Notes under the pieces: model-generated
What the model saw: the letters and a program-made list of their open reading frames with translations, nothing else
What the model was told of the DNA's origin: nothing
The model's database searches: none
IMG/VR virus record: IMGVR_UViG_3300011008_002712
DNA length: 64,000 nt
Source: a virus
Lineage: Duplodnaviria; Caudoviricetes
Direction: 5' to 3' (one strand)
In this document: piece after piece, positions 1-13,100 of the stretch
Layout of the letters: every line of letters starts with the position of its first letter
How positions within the stretch are numbered: the stretch's first letter is position 1
Made by a program: the position numbers and the translations under genes

Positions 1-1
1 T

Positions 2-109
2 TAATTGTCCAACAATAGTGCCAGGAACATTAATTGATTCAGATAAAGGAGTGCTTCCAGATTGGCTAGTGCTAAATCCAAACAAATTGCCGATTATCCC
101 TAAATCCAT
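2..109 (-). CDS. 5' fragment of the next tail/baseplate-region gene (runs off the window edge)
   Basis: ATG at 109 with AAGGTGAG RBS; open frame MDLGIIGNLFGFSTSQSGSTPLSESINVPGTIVGQL to the edge; directly downstream of a TMP. Confidence 0.6.
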   Translation of the reverse strand, partial: MDLGIIGNLFGFSTSQSGSTPLSESINVPGTIVGQL

Positions 110-121
110 ATTCTCACCTTC

Positions 122-3100
122 TTATTCTGCCTCTACATACTGCATATCACTTGTCCATTTATTACTACACAAAATTTTATAAATTTCTTCTAACATCTTT
201 TCAGGAGATATCTGTTCTCCATTATGGTCTTTTTTCATTATGCCAAAAATTTGTATATTCCCAATATTTTCTTTTTCTGCCTGCTTTTGGGCTTTTTGTT
301 GTTCTATCAAATTATCTTGTTCTTGCTGAAGTTCTTCTTGCCTTTTTCTTATTTCTTCATCTAATTTTTCAACTTGATCACGATGAGCTTTTTGACGTTG
401 TTCTTTTGATTTTTTATGTTCTTTTTGGTAAGTTATTCTATGTTGTTTTTTAATGCGATTCATTTTTTCTTCTAATGATTCTGCATTAGGATCTACAAAC
501 ATGTCATTAATAAGATGTCCAGTAGCAATTGCTCTGCTATTTCCATTTCGAGATGCTATACGTTTCATCATAGCATCTGCGTTTTCTATTTGTTCTTTTA
601 CTGTTTGAAGTTTAGGAGGAGCTTGATGATTTAATGTTTGATTTGAAAAACTTCCTCCGCCTTTCATATAACTTAGAACTTTTGGAACATATTTTCTAGT
701 TTCCTCATATGCTATTTTTGACAAATCTCCAGTTGAAAAATACTCAGCAACACCAGTTTGTTCTCCACCACCAGAATTGTATGCAGCTGCTATTGCACCA
801 GCATGACCATGCCAAGCTTTTCCGAGTTGTCCAAGATATTTAATTCCACCTTTAATATTATCTTGTTCATCATATGGATTTACTCCTAATCCAGCTGCAG
901 TTGATGGCATTAATTGCATTGCTCCAATTGCTCCAGCAGAACTATTGCTTCCCCATTCTAATCCATTCTCAGCTTTCATGATTGCAGCTGCCAAATACGG
1001 ATCAACTCCATATTCATGAGAATATTTCATTACCCACTGATAATATTGTGGATTTTTTGTTTTTAATTCTTCTAATGCTGGTATGCCATTAGATGATTTA
1101 GATGTTTCGCTTTGAGGTTCGGCTGAATAAAAAGAACCGCCAATTCTTACAGCCGGATCAATATCTGGTATATAAAAACCGACATTATGTGCAAAACCAT
1201 AAGATCCAGAACCTTGACCTGCATTTGCTAGAAGTTCTTGTTCAGTAAGATTTATTACACCTTTTGCTGGATCATGAACCCTTATCGTGCCATCAGCATT
1301 ATATCCAATATAAACAACGGCATGGCCAACTGAATATGATGGATGAACAGCGTCATATCCGCTATGATATGCAAGCATTGGTTTTCCAGATTTCAATGTC
1401 TTTCTTACAAGATTCACCGCTTCTTCATAAGAACTTGGATCATATTGAGAAGCATGTATTGCGCTATACCATTCTTCACTATCCCAATATCCTCTTCTTA
1501 AAAATTCTCCTGGATCTATCATTTCGCCAGTATATATAGCTCTCATCATTGCGGCTGATGTAGCAAAACATCCTATAGCAGACATCGAACTACCACCATT
1601 TGGAGCCATATCACCCCATCTTTCATCATGCTGTAACCACATTGGAATATTTCCAGCATCTACAGAACTAGATTGTGATGGTGTTCCATATTTATCAATA
1701 ATATATTTTTGCAAATCTTTATAAACATCTGGTTGTTCTTTGATTACTTCAGCAATATGCTGCCATAAATTAACAGTATCATGTGTTGAAATTGTTTTTA
1801 ATGCAAAATCTGCAACTTCTTCATCATCTACATTTAATGAATCAATATCAGATGAATCATCTATATATTGTCCTTTTTCAGACATAATTGCCAATGCAAT
1901 CGCATTATATCTACCATCTTGTTTTAACATTTCAACATAATTTCGTTTAATTCTTTGGGCAAAATCATCTTTTTTACCAGAAAGATTTCTCATTTGATCT
2001 CTTTCGTTTTCCCAATATTTTTTATCATCGCTTCCTGCATTAGGATGATAATAATAATTGCTCAAATGAGTATATAAACGATTATATTCGTGATTTTCAT
2101 CATAATTTGCTGCGTAATCTTGATAGAATTTTGCAAGAACAGAATTATCAGACATATATTTATGCAAATTACCTTGTCCAAATCCAAATTCAGACGTAAT
2201 TTGTCGTCTTTTTAATGCAATATCTGACAACATTTGTCCAAGCGTAGCATGTTGTCTTTTATTTTGCTCAACTATTTCTTTTAATATATTTTTTTGAGTT
2301 TCATTCAGTGCTGTTAAGTCTAATCCATTATCCTTTAAATATTTTCTTAGAATTTCGCCTTGATCTGTTTCTGATTGAAGAACTTTCATGATATCAATAT
2401 CTCTAATTAAGGATGTTTCATTCATTGTTGCTACCCAATTTCTAGTAGCTTCATCCATTTTTTCTCCAATCCCCATTTTGTCTTTCAGGAAATTACCAAA
2501 CTGATTGCCAGCATATCCACCTATCATGCTTCCTGCTAAAGCTCCAATTCCTGGTATTGGTATCAATGCTTGTCCTATTGCTGCACCAATCGCCGCTCCT
2601 CCTAAGGATGAACCAGTTCCAATAGCAATTCGTTCTAATCGTTCTCCAGCACTTCTTTGATTACCAGATAATGCATCTGAAATTTCACCAGCACCTTCAA
2701 AAAACAAAGTCATTCCCCACCAATTTTTAGCAAAATTTTTCATATTACTAAAAACAGCAGAACTAGTAGAATGAATAGATTGATAATTTTTTATTTCTTG
2801 AAGAATAGTAGACTTAGTTCCACCTAATATAGAACTGCCAACTTTCAAATAGTCTCTAAATGATTTTATTTTCGGTGTCTCGGTCCCAAATTTCTTCAAA
2901 AATTGCGTTCTATATGCTTGTGGAATGTTTTTTGCTTCTAAATAGACATTTGCTATATTTCTTATACTTCTTGGGACTCTTCTTAAATTTTTTTGAAATC
3001 TCTTTAAAGAAAATTGGCTTGGATGAAGAATATTACTTGGCTTTATATATTTCCATGCATTTGCAAAATTATTTCTCAAATTAGTTTTGAATCTTTGAAC

Positions 3101-6100
3101 ATTTTTCATTTCTTTTGCTGTCATTTTTTGAGAAATATATGTAGGAGTCAATTGCTTGAATTGACCGTTCTTAAAAAACATCGATATGCCTTTTTTTGTG
3201 AGTAACAAACCAGCTATTCCAAGAGCTACTTTCGATGTTGTATCTAAAACGTTTTGTTCTTCTTCATCGTCTTCCATTTCAATAAAAGAACCATCAAAAT
3301 TCATTAACCTAATTTTTGCTTTGCCTGACGACATAAACGTAGAAAGAGATTCAAAACCATTTATATTTTTATTTAATTTTTCTTTATCATCGATCAGTTG
3401 CCTATCTTTTGAAAAATAATCTATTGCTTGAGGAATTAATGACACACCCAAAGCTACTAGTCCAGCCGTTCCAGCAATTTTTCCAAATGTTTTCATGCTT
3501 CCCGGTAATGAATTTGGTATATTTTTTGGTGACGAAATACTAGGATTAGTTTTAAATGTTTTTTGCAATCCATTTAATATTGAATTTGTAATTAAACCGC
3601 TAGCTTTTCCTAACGCATATTTACCGAGTCCATATGTCATTCCAAGAGCAGTAATGCTTCCTCCAATTGTAAGCAATGGATTGTCTCCAAACATTTTTAT
3701 AAATCCTGCAGCATTTGGATCATTAGCTAAATCTCTTATCGTTTTTATGAAACTTGCAATTTTTCCAGGAAGTTTTTCTAACAAATTATCTATAAATGAT
3801 ACTGTTTTTCCTATGAGAGGAGAAAAATTCTCTTTCCATAATTCAGCTAGTCTCATTATATTAGCTTGTCTATCTGCCATAATTTGTTGTGTTATCGCAG
3901 TTTGTTGTCCCATATTTGATAAAGCTTTAGTAGCTTCAGAAATAGAATCGCTTAACTCTTTTCTTTGTTTAAATTTTTTATCATTTTTTCCAAGCAAAAT
4001 CTCTTCTATTTCATCATATTTGCCCTCTTTTTTCATGGACATCATCATAGAAACTTCTTTTTCTGAATATCCATCTTCTTTCAGCAATCTACCAAAATAT
4101 GCAAGAGACAAATTAGAGTCTGATGAACCAAAAAAATCATCATACCTTCCATATTTAGACATCATGGCTTTACCCATCATTTCTCTAAAATTTTCTACTG
4201 GTTTGCCATTCCTGTCCATAAAAATGCGGCCTCTTGTCATATTCGCATATAAATCATATCCCATTCCTGACAAGGCGCCAAAATATGCAACTTGTGATTT
4301 ATTTTGTCCAAATCGTTGAGCTACTTGTGCAGATTTTATTACTAATCCATGAGCATCTTCTATTAACATTCCTCGTTTTACAAGATTAAACATCATTTCT
4401 GTAGCATCATCTGCTGACATTCCAAGTTCATAGCTTTTTACAGCTAAAGAACTAGCTTGATTCAAATATAGTTTAACTGGTATTCCAAGAATTTTTGCCT
4501 GCTCAATTATATTTGCAATTTTTGATGATGTTTGATTTACATCTTGTTGAGAATCTTTATAATAATATTTTATTAATTGATTAAAATCATTATTATCTAA
4601 ATCATTTGCTTCTTTCATAGCAAATAAATTATAAGTAAATTGACTTAAATCTTCTCTATTTTTCTCTGGATTAGAATTATATCTTCCTCCAATTTGTCTA
4701 GCCAAAGATTGATAAAATTGAGTTGGAGCAGCCAATTGAATTTGTCCAGCAGTTAAATGTTGAAAACGAGCTCCCATTCTATAGATACGATTGTAGTTAT
4801 CATTTTCAGCAATATTTGCTCCCAACATTTGGTCTGCTAATGCAGCTTGTTGCATTAATTTACCGCTAGATACATCTGCATTTTTTGTGTCACTTAGTAA
4901 TTTGGAAAGTGAGATAATTCCGCCAAGACCCATCATAGCCAATGCAGAATTAAACATTCCCCACCAACCAGAAACACCACTCATAATCTTATCACCAAGA
5001 GATTCTTTGTTCTCTTGTGACTTGGCTTTTGACATAGCTCTTTCTCTATCTACCAATTCAGCATTAATTGATTTTAATTGCTTTAAATATTCTGAATCTG
5101 AATTAAGTATCTCTAAAGAATTAATCAAATTGACAGTATTAGCTATTTGCGTTTGAAGATCTTTTTGAATCTTATCATAATTTTCTTTTTCTTTCGTTGT
5201 CATTTTTTTATATTCGTTATCAACTAATGACATCGATCTTCTTAAAACCATGCTACTATCATTAACAACTGTAGTAGAAATAGATTTAATAAACGCATCT
5301 GCAGATGAATGATTAGATATTTGACTTAGAAAACTTTGTTGATCTTGTATAAAACTAGGAGAAATCAATGATCTTACAAATGATTCATTTTCAATTTCTT
5401 GGTAGCCCTGAGAAACTAATCTATTTTGTTGTTGTACAAATGGAATTTTTCTTAATGTGTTTTCTTGTAAAATTTCTCTTGAATTTCTAACAGATGAAAA
5501 TTCATTAGTCATTGGTTTTACAAAACCAGCAAACATTTTCGCTAATTGAACAGATAAATTTTCATTAGATTTAAGATTTTCTTTCTTCGTTGAATCTTTT
5601 ATTTCTGCTTGATGATCGTTTATTTTATCAGAAACTATCACATTAATAGTTTCAAGACTATTTTGTATAGTATTAAACGTATCATCTTGCAAATTATTTG
5701 GATTAACATTTTCTGAAAGTTCGGCCGTCGTATTTCTTCTTATCAACAATTTGTCATGTTCATCTTGTATTTGATGCATTCTTTGATATGCTTTTAATGC
5801 ATCTTCCATAGTGTTGATAGGAGATTTTGTTATATTATTAGATGTTTTTGCTGCTTGAAGCATTTGAGCATTAATATTATCAATCATATCAGCAGCTGAA
5901 ACTTTTTCGTTTTTTACTATCTTATTTAAAGAATTTATTATAGAATTTATGTCATGAGATGTATTAGCAATAGAACTAGCGTGTTGTATGTCTAAGTTCT
6001 TGCTAATAAATTCTTTGCTCATTTCGTCATTAATTCTAATTAATTTTCTAGCTGAATCATTGACATCTTCTCCAATAACTCCAGCTATATGACTAGAAAA

Positions 6101-6589
6101 ATCTCCATATTGTTGTCTTTGATCATTGACAAATTTTATGATAGCATCTGCTGAACTATCTATATTGTTTGCAGAATTTTGAATTTTCAATACAGAATTT
6201 TTTATATTCTGTATTGAATGATGACAAGAATTTACTAAACTATTAACAAAATGATTGTTGCTAAAAACATTAATTGCTTCATATAATTCATTAATAGCTA
6301 TATCTGTTTTTTGATCGTTTTTTATTTGAGAATTTATTTTATAATTCGATATTTCTCTAACATGATCGATAAATCGACTAAACATAGTCAAATTAAAACC
6401 ATTAGGAATTGAATATGAATTTATTCCTATATTTTTAACGTCTTTATGTGTTTCTTCTAATATTTCTATCAATCTATCAATCTGTTGTTTCGTTTCTGTA
6501 TTTAAATCATAAGCATTCGCTACGCGAATAGCTTCTGAGCATAAATTATCTAATTGTCTATAATTTTGTTCTAATGTAGAAATATCCAC
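122..6589 (-). CDS. Tape-measure-like protein C (2155 aa) with C39-like Cys peptidase followed by lytic transglycosylase (SLT)
   Basis: Long helical N-terminus and Gly/Ala-rich hydrophobic stretches; GCFATSAAMM...GHAVVYIG...VHDP (C39-like); AAAIMKAENG...SSAGAIGAMQLMPSTA...AAYNSG (SLT); GTG start; tail operon context. Confidence 0.8.
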   Translation of the reverse strand: MDISTLEQNYRQLDNLCSEAIRVANAYDLNTETKQQIDRLIEILEETHKDVKNIGINSYSIPNGFNLTMFSRFIDHVREISNYKINSQIKNDQKTDIAINELYEAINVFSNNHFVNSLVNSCHHSIQNIKNSVLKIQNSANNIDSSADAIIKFVNDQRQQYGDFSSHIAGVIGEDVNDSARKLIRINDEMSKEFISKNLDIQHASSIANTSHDINSIINSLNKIVKNEKVSAADMIDNINAQMLQAAKTSNNITKSPINTMEDALKAYQRMHQIQDEHDKLLIRRNTTAELSENVNPNNLQDDTFNTIQNSLETINVIVSDKINDHQAEIKDSTKKENLKSNENLSVQLAKMFAGFVKPMTNEFSSVRNSREILQENTLRKIPFVQQQNRLVSQGYQEIENESFVRSLISPSFIQDQQSFLSQISNHSSADAFIKSISTTVVNDSSMVLRRSMSLVDNEYKKMTTKEKENYDKIQKDLQTQIANTVNLINSLEILNSDSEYLKQLKSINAELVDRERAMSKAKSQENKESLGDKIMSGVSGWWGMFNSALAMMGLGGIISLSKLLSDTKNADVSSGKLMQQAALADQMLGANIAENDNYNRIYRMGARFQHLTAGQIQLAAPTQFYQSLARQIGGRYNSNPEKNREDLSQFTYNLFAMKEANDLDNNDFNQLIKYYYKDSQQDVNQTSSKIANIIEQAKILGIPVKLYLNQASSLAVKSYELGMSADDATEMMFNLVKRGMLIEDAHGLVIKSAQVAQRFGQNKSQVAYFGALSGMGYDLYANMTRGRIFMDRNGKPVENFREMMGKAMMSKYGRYDDFFGSSDSNLSLAYFGRLLKEDGYSEKEVSMMMSMKKEGKYDEIEEILLGKNDKKFKQRKELSDSISEATKALSNMGQQTAITQQIMADRQANIMRLAELWKENFSPLIGKTVSFIDNLLEKLPGKIASFIKTIRDLANDPNAAGFIKMFGDNPLLTIGGSITALGMTYGLGKYALGKASGLITNSILNGLQKTFKTNPSISSPKNIPNSLPGSMKTFGKIAGTAGLVALGVSLIPQAIDYFSKDRQLIDDKEKLNKNINGFESLSTFMSSGKAKIRLMNFDGSFIEMEDDEEEQNVLDTTSKVALGIAGLLLTKKGISMFFKNGQFKQLTPTYISQKMTAKEMKNVQRFKTNLRNNFANAWKYIKPSNILHPSQFSLKRFQKNLRRVPRSIRNIANVYLEAKNIPQAYRTQFLKKFGTETPKIKSFRDYLKVGSSILGGTKSTILQEIKNYQSIHSTSSAVFSNMKNFAKNWWGMTLFFEGAGEISDALSGNQRSAGERLERIAIGTGSSLGGAAIGAAIGQALIPIPGIGALAGSMIGGYAGNQFGNFLKDKMGIGEKMDEATRNWVATMNETSLIRDIDIMKVLQSETDQGEILRKYLKDNGLDLTALNETQKNILKEIVEQNKRQHATLGQMLSDIALKRRQITSEFGFGQGNLHKYMSDNSVLAKFYQDYAANYDENHEYNRLYTHLSNYYYHPNAGSDDKKYWENERDQMRNLSGKKDDFAQRIKRNYVEMLKQDGRYNAIALAIMSEKGQYIDDSSDIDSLNVDDEEVADFALKTISTHDTVNLWQHIAEVIKEQPDVYKDLQKYIIDKYGTPSQSSSVDAGNIPMWLQHDERWGDMAPNGGSSMSAIGCFATSAAMMRAIYTGEMIDPGEFLRRGYWDSEEWYSAIHASQYDPSSYEEAVNLVRKTLKSGKPMLAYHSGYDAVHPSYSVGHAVVYIGYNADGTIRVHDPAKGVINLTEQELLANAGQGSGSYGFAHNVGFYIPDIDPAVRIGGSFYSAEPQSETSKSSNGIPALEELKTKNPQYYQWVMKYSHEYGVDPYLAAAIMKAENGLEWGSNSSAGAIGAMQLMPSTAAGLGVNPYDEQDNIKGGIKYLGQLGKAWHGHAGAIAAAYNSGGGEQTGVAEYFSTGDLSKIAYEETRKYVPKVLSYMKGGGSFSNQTLNHQAPPKLQTVKEQIENADAMMKRIASRNGNSRAIATGHLINDMFVDPNAESLEEKMNRIKKQHRITYQKEHKKSKEQRQKAHRDQVEKLDEEIRKRQEELQQEQDNLIEQQKAQKQAEKENIGNIQIFGIMKKDHNGEQISPEKMLEEIYKILCSNKWTSDMQYVEAE

Positions 6590-6649
6590 GTATCAAATGC
6601 CTCCTTATGTTTCTATAAAATAAATACAGAAAAACGAAATGAATAGTAC

Positions 6650-6677
6650 AAAAAATGGCTAGAATCATCTAGCCATT
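6650..6677 (-). terminator. Intrinsic terminator-like hairpin after the small chaperone gene
   Basis: AATGGCTAGA/TCTAGCCATT inverted repeat followed by a T-run on the minus strand. Confidence 0.55.
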
Positions 6678-6680
6678 CGA

Positions 6681-7049
6681 TTATTTCATTTTTTCAATTT
6701 CGTTTTCTTTCTTTGCGCGTTCGGCATCATATAAACGATACAATGTCTGAAGAATATATGGATTAACGTTATCAAATAATGTTTCTTTTTCATTTTCATC
6801 AAGAGATTGATCGTTAATAGAAACTAATGCTTCTTTCATAGTTTCTCGTTGCATTTTAAACATACGAGCAACCATATCATTTGCACTATCAGCAGAATTA
6901 TCAAGAATATTTGAATGTTCCTTTGCATTTACAATTTTAAATGTCCACTTTTTATCAAATTTCATAATATCTATATTGCCGGAACCAAGAGATACAAGTT
7001 CGTTGATTATTTGATCCACAGCATTAATGCTATTTTTCATAACAGTCAT
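6681..7049 (-). CDS. Tail assembly chaperone-like protein (short paralog of 20444-21385)
   Basis: KKWTFKIVNAKEH...KEALVSIN...ETLFDNV aligns with KTWLFRTLSPKEH...KKALLSIN...DVLFDNL; lies immediately before a TMP. Confidence 0.6.
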   Translation of the reverse strand: MTVMKNSINAVDQIINELVSLGSGNIDIMKFDKKWTFKIVNAKEHSNILDNSADSANDMVARMFKMQRETMKEALVSINDQSLDENEKETLFDNVNPYILQTLYRLYDAERAKKENEIEKMK

Positions 7050-7116
7050 TCCTTTACTAAAAAAATCTAGATTTTTTACTCTATTAAAAAAATAAACGTA
7101 AAACTAATAAAAAATT

Positions 7117-10100
7117 TTAGTTTATAACACAATCAGCGGAAATTTCTACATTATTCATATATTTTTCTGCTATATTTTTAATTATTTCAATTGCTTCTTT
7201 AAAATGCTTTTTAGGAATCAATTCTGGATTTAATTTAATGGCTTCTCTTATTTCATCAATTTTATCAAATTCCATATCTATTTGCGCACGTAAATCTTTT
7301 TTCAATTGTTTATCTGCATCTGTATCTTTTGTGTCATATATTCCATATTTTTCTCTTATTTTTTTTCTTTGTTCATCTAATGTAACAACCTTTTTATTGG
7401 GATCTACATACATATCATCAACCAAAGCGCCAGAAGCTATTACTCCACGTCCTTTGCTTTGAGCCATTCTTTTCATTATTGCATCAGCATTTTCTATTTG
7501 TTCTTTCGCTGTTTTACTAGAAACAATTTGTTGCGTATTTAATTCTGGTGTTGCTCCACCAAATTGAGTAGCGCCTTTTTTAGTTTCATCTGGAATCCAA
7601 TAATCAAAATCATCTCTCCACAATTCAGAGTCTGAAATTGTTTCATTTACTCTACTTTGAGTATATGTATCATTTGGATCATGAACAATGACAGAACCAT
7701 CTGAACGTAATCCAGCATACGTAATAAAATGTCCATTTTGTGTAAAATAACTTCCGGCAGATGCACCAACAACAACTGGAATATTATTTTTTAATGCTCT
7801 CAATGCTTCTTCTTTTGTGCCTTTATGGAATCCAACTCCATATTGATATTTTGCCGCAGCAAATGCTTCATGAGACATTCCAAAACCTTCATGAAATCCT
7901 TGTTTTGTTGACCAATCAGCAACGTCTCTTGGCGTTATATATCTGCCAGTCATATTACTTAATGCCATAGCTAAAGCTGTTGGACCACAAGCAGATTGTC
8001 CCATAGAATTTCCAGTACCATTCAATGTGTCATATGTTCCACCATCCCAATATTGACCATAAAGAGGTACTAATGTGCCATCAGCTAATTTAGTATATCT
8101 AATTTGATTGCCTGATGGATCAACTTGATTTGCTAGTTCTACTGAAGAACTTTGTGATGATGGTAACGAATATGTTTGTTTTTCTCCACCAATAGAACTA
8201 AGAATATTGTTAATATAATTTCTCGTTTCTTGAGGTAGAACAGACATATCATGTGTACTAGAAAAATTAGTTTTTGAAAGATTTCCTGATCCCCAGTTAT
8301 AAGCAGCCAAAACAGAAAGAATATCACCGTTATATTGCTGAATATTTTGAGCTAAGTATTTTGTACCGCCCATAACATTCTGTTCCATATCCATTCTATC
8401 AACACCAAGATATTCAGCGGTTTCTGGCATAAGCTGCATTAAACCATAAGCACCAGCACTCGATCCTCGATCATGCACAAAGCCAGATTCATTTTTTATG
8501 ACAGCAGCAACAAGTCTTGGATCTACATTATACATATTAGAGTACTTTATAATCAACTTATAGATTTCTGGATGTTCATTTTTTGCAATTTCTAAAGCAT
8601 CTCCACTTAAAGCGTTAGTCTCAAGACCAGCCAAATTTCCAGAAGAATTAAAATTTTTAAGTTTTTCTTCTTCCTCTTTCCATCTTTCTTGCCCTTTTAC
8701 AACCATATATTCATGTTCAGCCAGCAAAACATTTTGTTCTGCATAATATTTTGCCATAGCTTTTAATTCATCGGCCGTAACTCCAGATAAATCATTTGAT
8801 TTTTTTTCTTTGCCATGCCAACTATTCCATAATGACTTAATATATTGATTTAAGTTGTCTTCTTCTGCTTGAGCATGATACACATTAGCTTGTTTGAACC
8901 AATAACTATTTTCATCATTCGCGTTTTCTTGAGAATGGTAATAATAATTAGATATAAACTCATATTTGTTTCTTGTGGCTTCATTATATCTTTCATCTTG
9001 CGACATTCTTTGAAACCAGCTTCCTTTTACATTATCATCATTATCCCATTCTTTTTTCAACTGCTCAGATATTTGTTTTTTTATAAGATTAGAATCGCCC
9101 GTTGGATTTTTAGATAAATCTTTCGAAGCTTGCATAATTGCAAATTGATTATCGCCATATATCTTTAAATATTCTTGATATTTTTTAAACCAATATCCTT
9201 TTTGATCATCATTTAATTTTTGCCATTCTATATTATGATTTAATAAACTCATTGCAACTATGCTTTCAAATTCTCTATTTGATAAACCAAGTTTCATAGC
9301 TGCGTCAGCAAATGATTTAGTTTGAGCAAATGTTGATTCTTTAGCAAGAACAACTTCAAATTTTCTATTATTTATTCCAGTGTATTTATCAATAAAATTT
9401 TTTCCTTCATTTTCATCAATATTTTTTGTTTCAGACGATTTATTTTGAGCAATTATATTTTGTTGTTCTAATAAATAGTTATACTGATCGTGATGTAAAT
9501 CATATTGTTGAGGAGTTTCACTAGCTTCTGCTTGACTAAACATAGAATTATTCATAAATGGGATATTGATTGCTGCAATTCCTAAAAATCCACCAATATT
9601 TCTTGCCATATTAGTAGCTGCAGCTGGATTTCTTATGCCAACTCTAGAAGCAACAGCGGAAGTTATTCCTCCCAATAGAGTAGAACCAACTAATTCTCCA
9701 ACAGTCATTTTTGCAGTATTGACAGCTACATCTTTCATGGAAAAATCTTCTCCAGTAGCAATAGATTCAGCAAGTTCAAAACCAGCGCCCCATATAGCAT
9801 TTCTTCCCAATGTTTTTGCAGCGCCGCCCCAAGATGTCCCACCAAGACGAGCTTGTTGCATAGCTTGTTCTTTTGCAATTCTTTGTTGTTCTAATTGCTG
9901 CATATATTGTCGTCTGTTTTGATAAATTAATCTTCTTTGTGCTGATGACATTTTTGCTCCTGGCTGTGGAAGTGGCGGCAAACCAGAATGTGTTTGTCTA
10001 TTTGTAAAAAATGATTTTATTTTTTGCCATCTTGTAAGAGAAGAATTAGACATAGTATTCATGTTTGTTGGAATCTTTCCTCTTTTTAAGAATGATAATC

Positions 10101-13100
10101 CAACAGTTGCCAGTACAGCTGTCGTCAGCAATGTCACAAACATTGAATCTTCTTCTGTTTTTGGCTTTTTAACCATTTTTACTTTTGCATCACCAGATGC
10201 TAAAAATGACAAAAAATCTACGACGCTATCTTTATCACTTCTTTTAGAATAATCATTTATAGCATCTCCTAATGTTATTGTCCCAGCTAAAATAGAAGCA
10301 ATGATAGCAGCTTTTTTTGTAGAACTAATACCTTCAAATGCATTTACTATACCAGCAATTAATCCTCTTTCAGAAGCTTTTGGAGCAGATGTTATCAATC
10401 TACTCGGAAGAGAAATTAAAAGACGAAGCAATTTTCCTCCTCCAAGCATTGCGAGTTTTCCAGTAGTATATAGTCCAATAGATGATAAAATAGGATGCTG
10501 CTTAGCAAAATCAATCATGCTTCTCCCAATTTTAGTATCTCCAAACCAGCTAAATAATTGTGAAAATTTATCAACAAATAATTTAACTTCTTTTTCTATC
10601 CATTGAACAAAACTTCTAATTGAACCAGCAAAAGCATTATGTAATATAAATGCAATGTTATTGATATGAGACGCATAAGTGCTTTCCATTTTATGTGTTT
10701 CTGCCAATTGATTTGCAGATTTTTCAATAGAATTTGTATAATCTCTTGTGACTTCAGATGTAGTAACATTTTTATTTTGTGCAATACCTTTTAATTTATC
10801 TTTTAATTCATCTAATCTTCCCTCTTGAGCCATATATAAAGACATAGAAATATCTTTTTCTGAGAATCCATTTTCTTTCAGTCCTTTTGCAAAAGTGAAT
10901 TGTCCAATAGAAGTATCTATCCCACCATATAAATTGATTTGTGCCCACATTCTATCAAACATTACATCATAATATTTATCATTAACTTTTCCAAAACGAT
11001 CAGTAGAAATTAATCCATCTTTAAATGCGGAAAATACATTACCTTCTCCAGAGAACATATCGAAAAATATATTTTTACTCCAATTGGATTGTTTTCCCAT
11101 ATTCCATCCAGATACAGCTTTACCAACATTTTGTGATAAAGATAACGCATCTTCTATTAACATATTTCTATCTTTCAATAAAGACGTTATAATATTATGT
11201 GCTCTAACTTCAGAAAAACCAAGATTTCTATATGTTGATGCTAATGGTGTAACTATCTTTGAAAAAGATTCAACAGAAACATTATTTTGTATTGCTGTAA
11301 TTTCCATTGATTTAAAATGTTTGACTGTATCTTCTGCTGACATTCCAAGGTCTTTATAAAAAACCTTTATATTCGTCAACAATGTTGAATCAGACATTCC
11401 ATATATTTCTTTCATTTGAGTAAATTCTTTAGCAAAATACTGCATATCTTTGGCAGCTTGTTCTGGATTAGAATTATATTGGCCACCAACATAATTAAAC
11501 AAAGAAACATATGTACGTGTTATTTCTGGAAAATCTATCATTCCAAAAGATTTTTCATATAAATCTTGAGCGCTATAAAAAGATAAATCATTTTCTCTAT
11601 CTAAATTGATATTCGCTCCATGAGCTATATCTGTCTTTGCTATTGAAGCGCGCAATTCACCTTGTTGATTCATTTTATCGATAGATTTCGCTATTGCTTT
11701 AAACGGATTAAGAAAATCCAATATTGTCGATCCACCGAACATCATAGCTGTAGAACCAGCAAAAAATAGCAATGCATTTTTACTAGAATTAAAAACATCT
11801 TTTATAGCTTTTGAAAAAGAAACGCTAATTTCTTTTACATTTTTCATTTTTTCTCTAGAATTATACAATTCTTTTCGTTCATTTTTAAATTTCTTTAAAA
11901 TTGAAGATTCTGGATCAATTTTTTCTAATGCATCAATTAGAATATTATAATTTTCAACTAATTGTTCTACATTTTTTGTATATTCTTCAACAACAACTAC
12001 ATCAGATTTAGATAAATCAAAAAACATCCCTTTGGACATGTTTAATGAATTAATCATAGAAATTTGTTCTTTAGCAACTTGAGATAAAATATTACCAACA
12101 TTATTTAATGATTGCTCAGCTAAATTATCATCTTTTGTATTCAAAGATTTATGATATACATCTAGCCCATCTTTCAGAGTTTTTTGGGCTTGATGCATCA
12201 TATGTTGATAATTTCTATTTTTTTGATAAAATAATTCTCTATTGCCAAAACCAAATAAATGCTGCCTTGCAATATCAGCTATAGAATTATTAGAAAACCT
12301 GTCATTTTGCAATTCTTGTACAATTCTATCAGTTGAATCTGGTAACAAAGCCATTTTTTTAATTTGATCTGGAATTTCATTAACTAATGGCTGGTCAAAA
12401 AATTTCTGTTCTCCAAAACTGATTATATTACCATTATTATCTTTTAACGTTTCATATAATTTACTCTTTATTTGTTTATTCTGTAAATCTAAATCGTTTG
12501 ATATATAATCTTGTTCTAATTCATCATTCGTATTTATAGAATCTATCAACCTAACAGTTTTTTCTATATTTTCATATGATAATTCAAATATTCTAGATGC
12601 ATTATCATTAAATACGTTCAATTGATCTTGCAAAACATTTGGAAGCTGATCATAATTTGCATAGTCTTTAATATAACTTAATAAATTTTTGTAATTATAT
12701 GCTAATGTTTCATCGATTGCGTTAATTGTATTATTAAAATTGCTTCTAAGTTGAGGATTATTTATATTTCGTAACGAATGATTAATTTGACTTTTTACAT
12801 TATATACTAAATCGTGAAGTCCTTTTAAATAATCTACTAAATCTATTTCATTTCTCTGATCACTATTAAATAATGAAACTTTTTGTTGTATTTTTTTTAT
12901 TCCATCATTAATTGATTCAACTGAATTTAATACTTTTCTTGTTGGAGAAAGCAAATCTTCGTCAAGGATTACTTTTGGATTAGCTGTATCTTTTTTTATT
13001 TTTTCTAAATCACTTTTATATGCATTTAATGATTCTATTAATCCATTAACATCGAATTTATTTTTGTCACGAGGATGAGATGTAACATTATAAGAACCAA

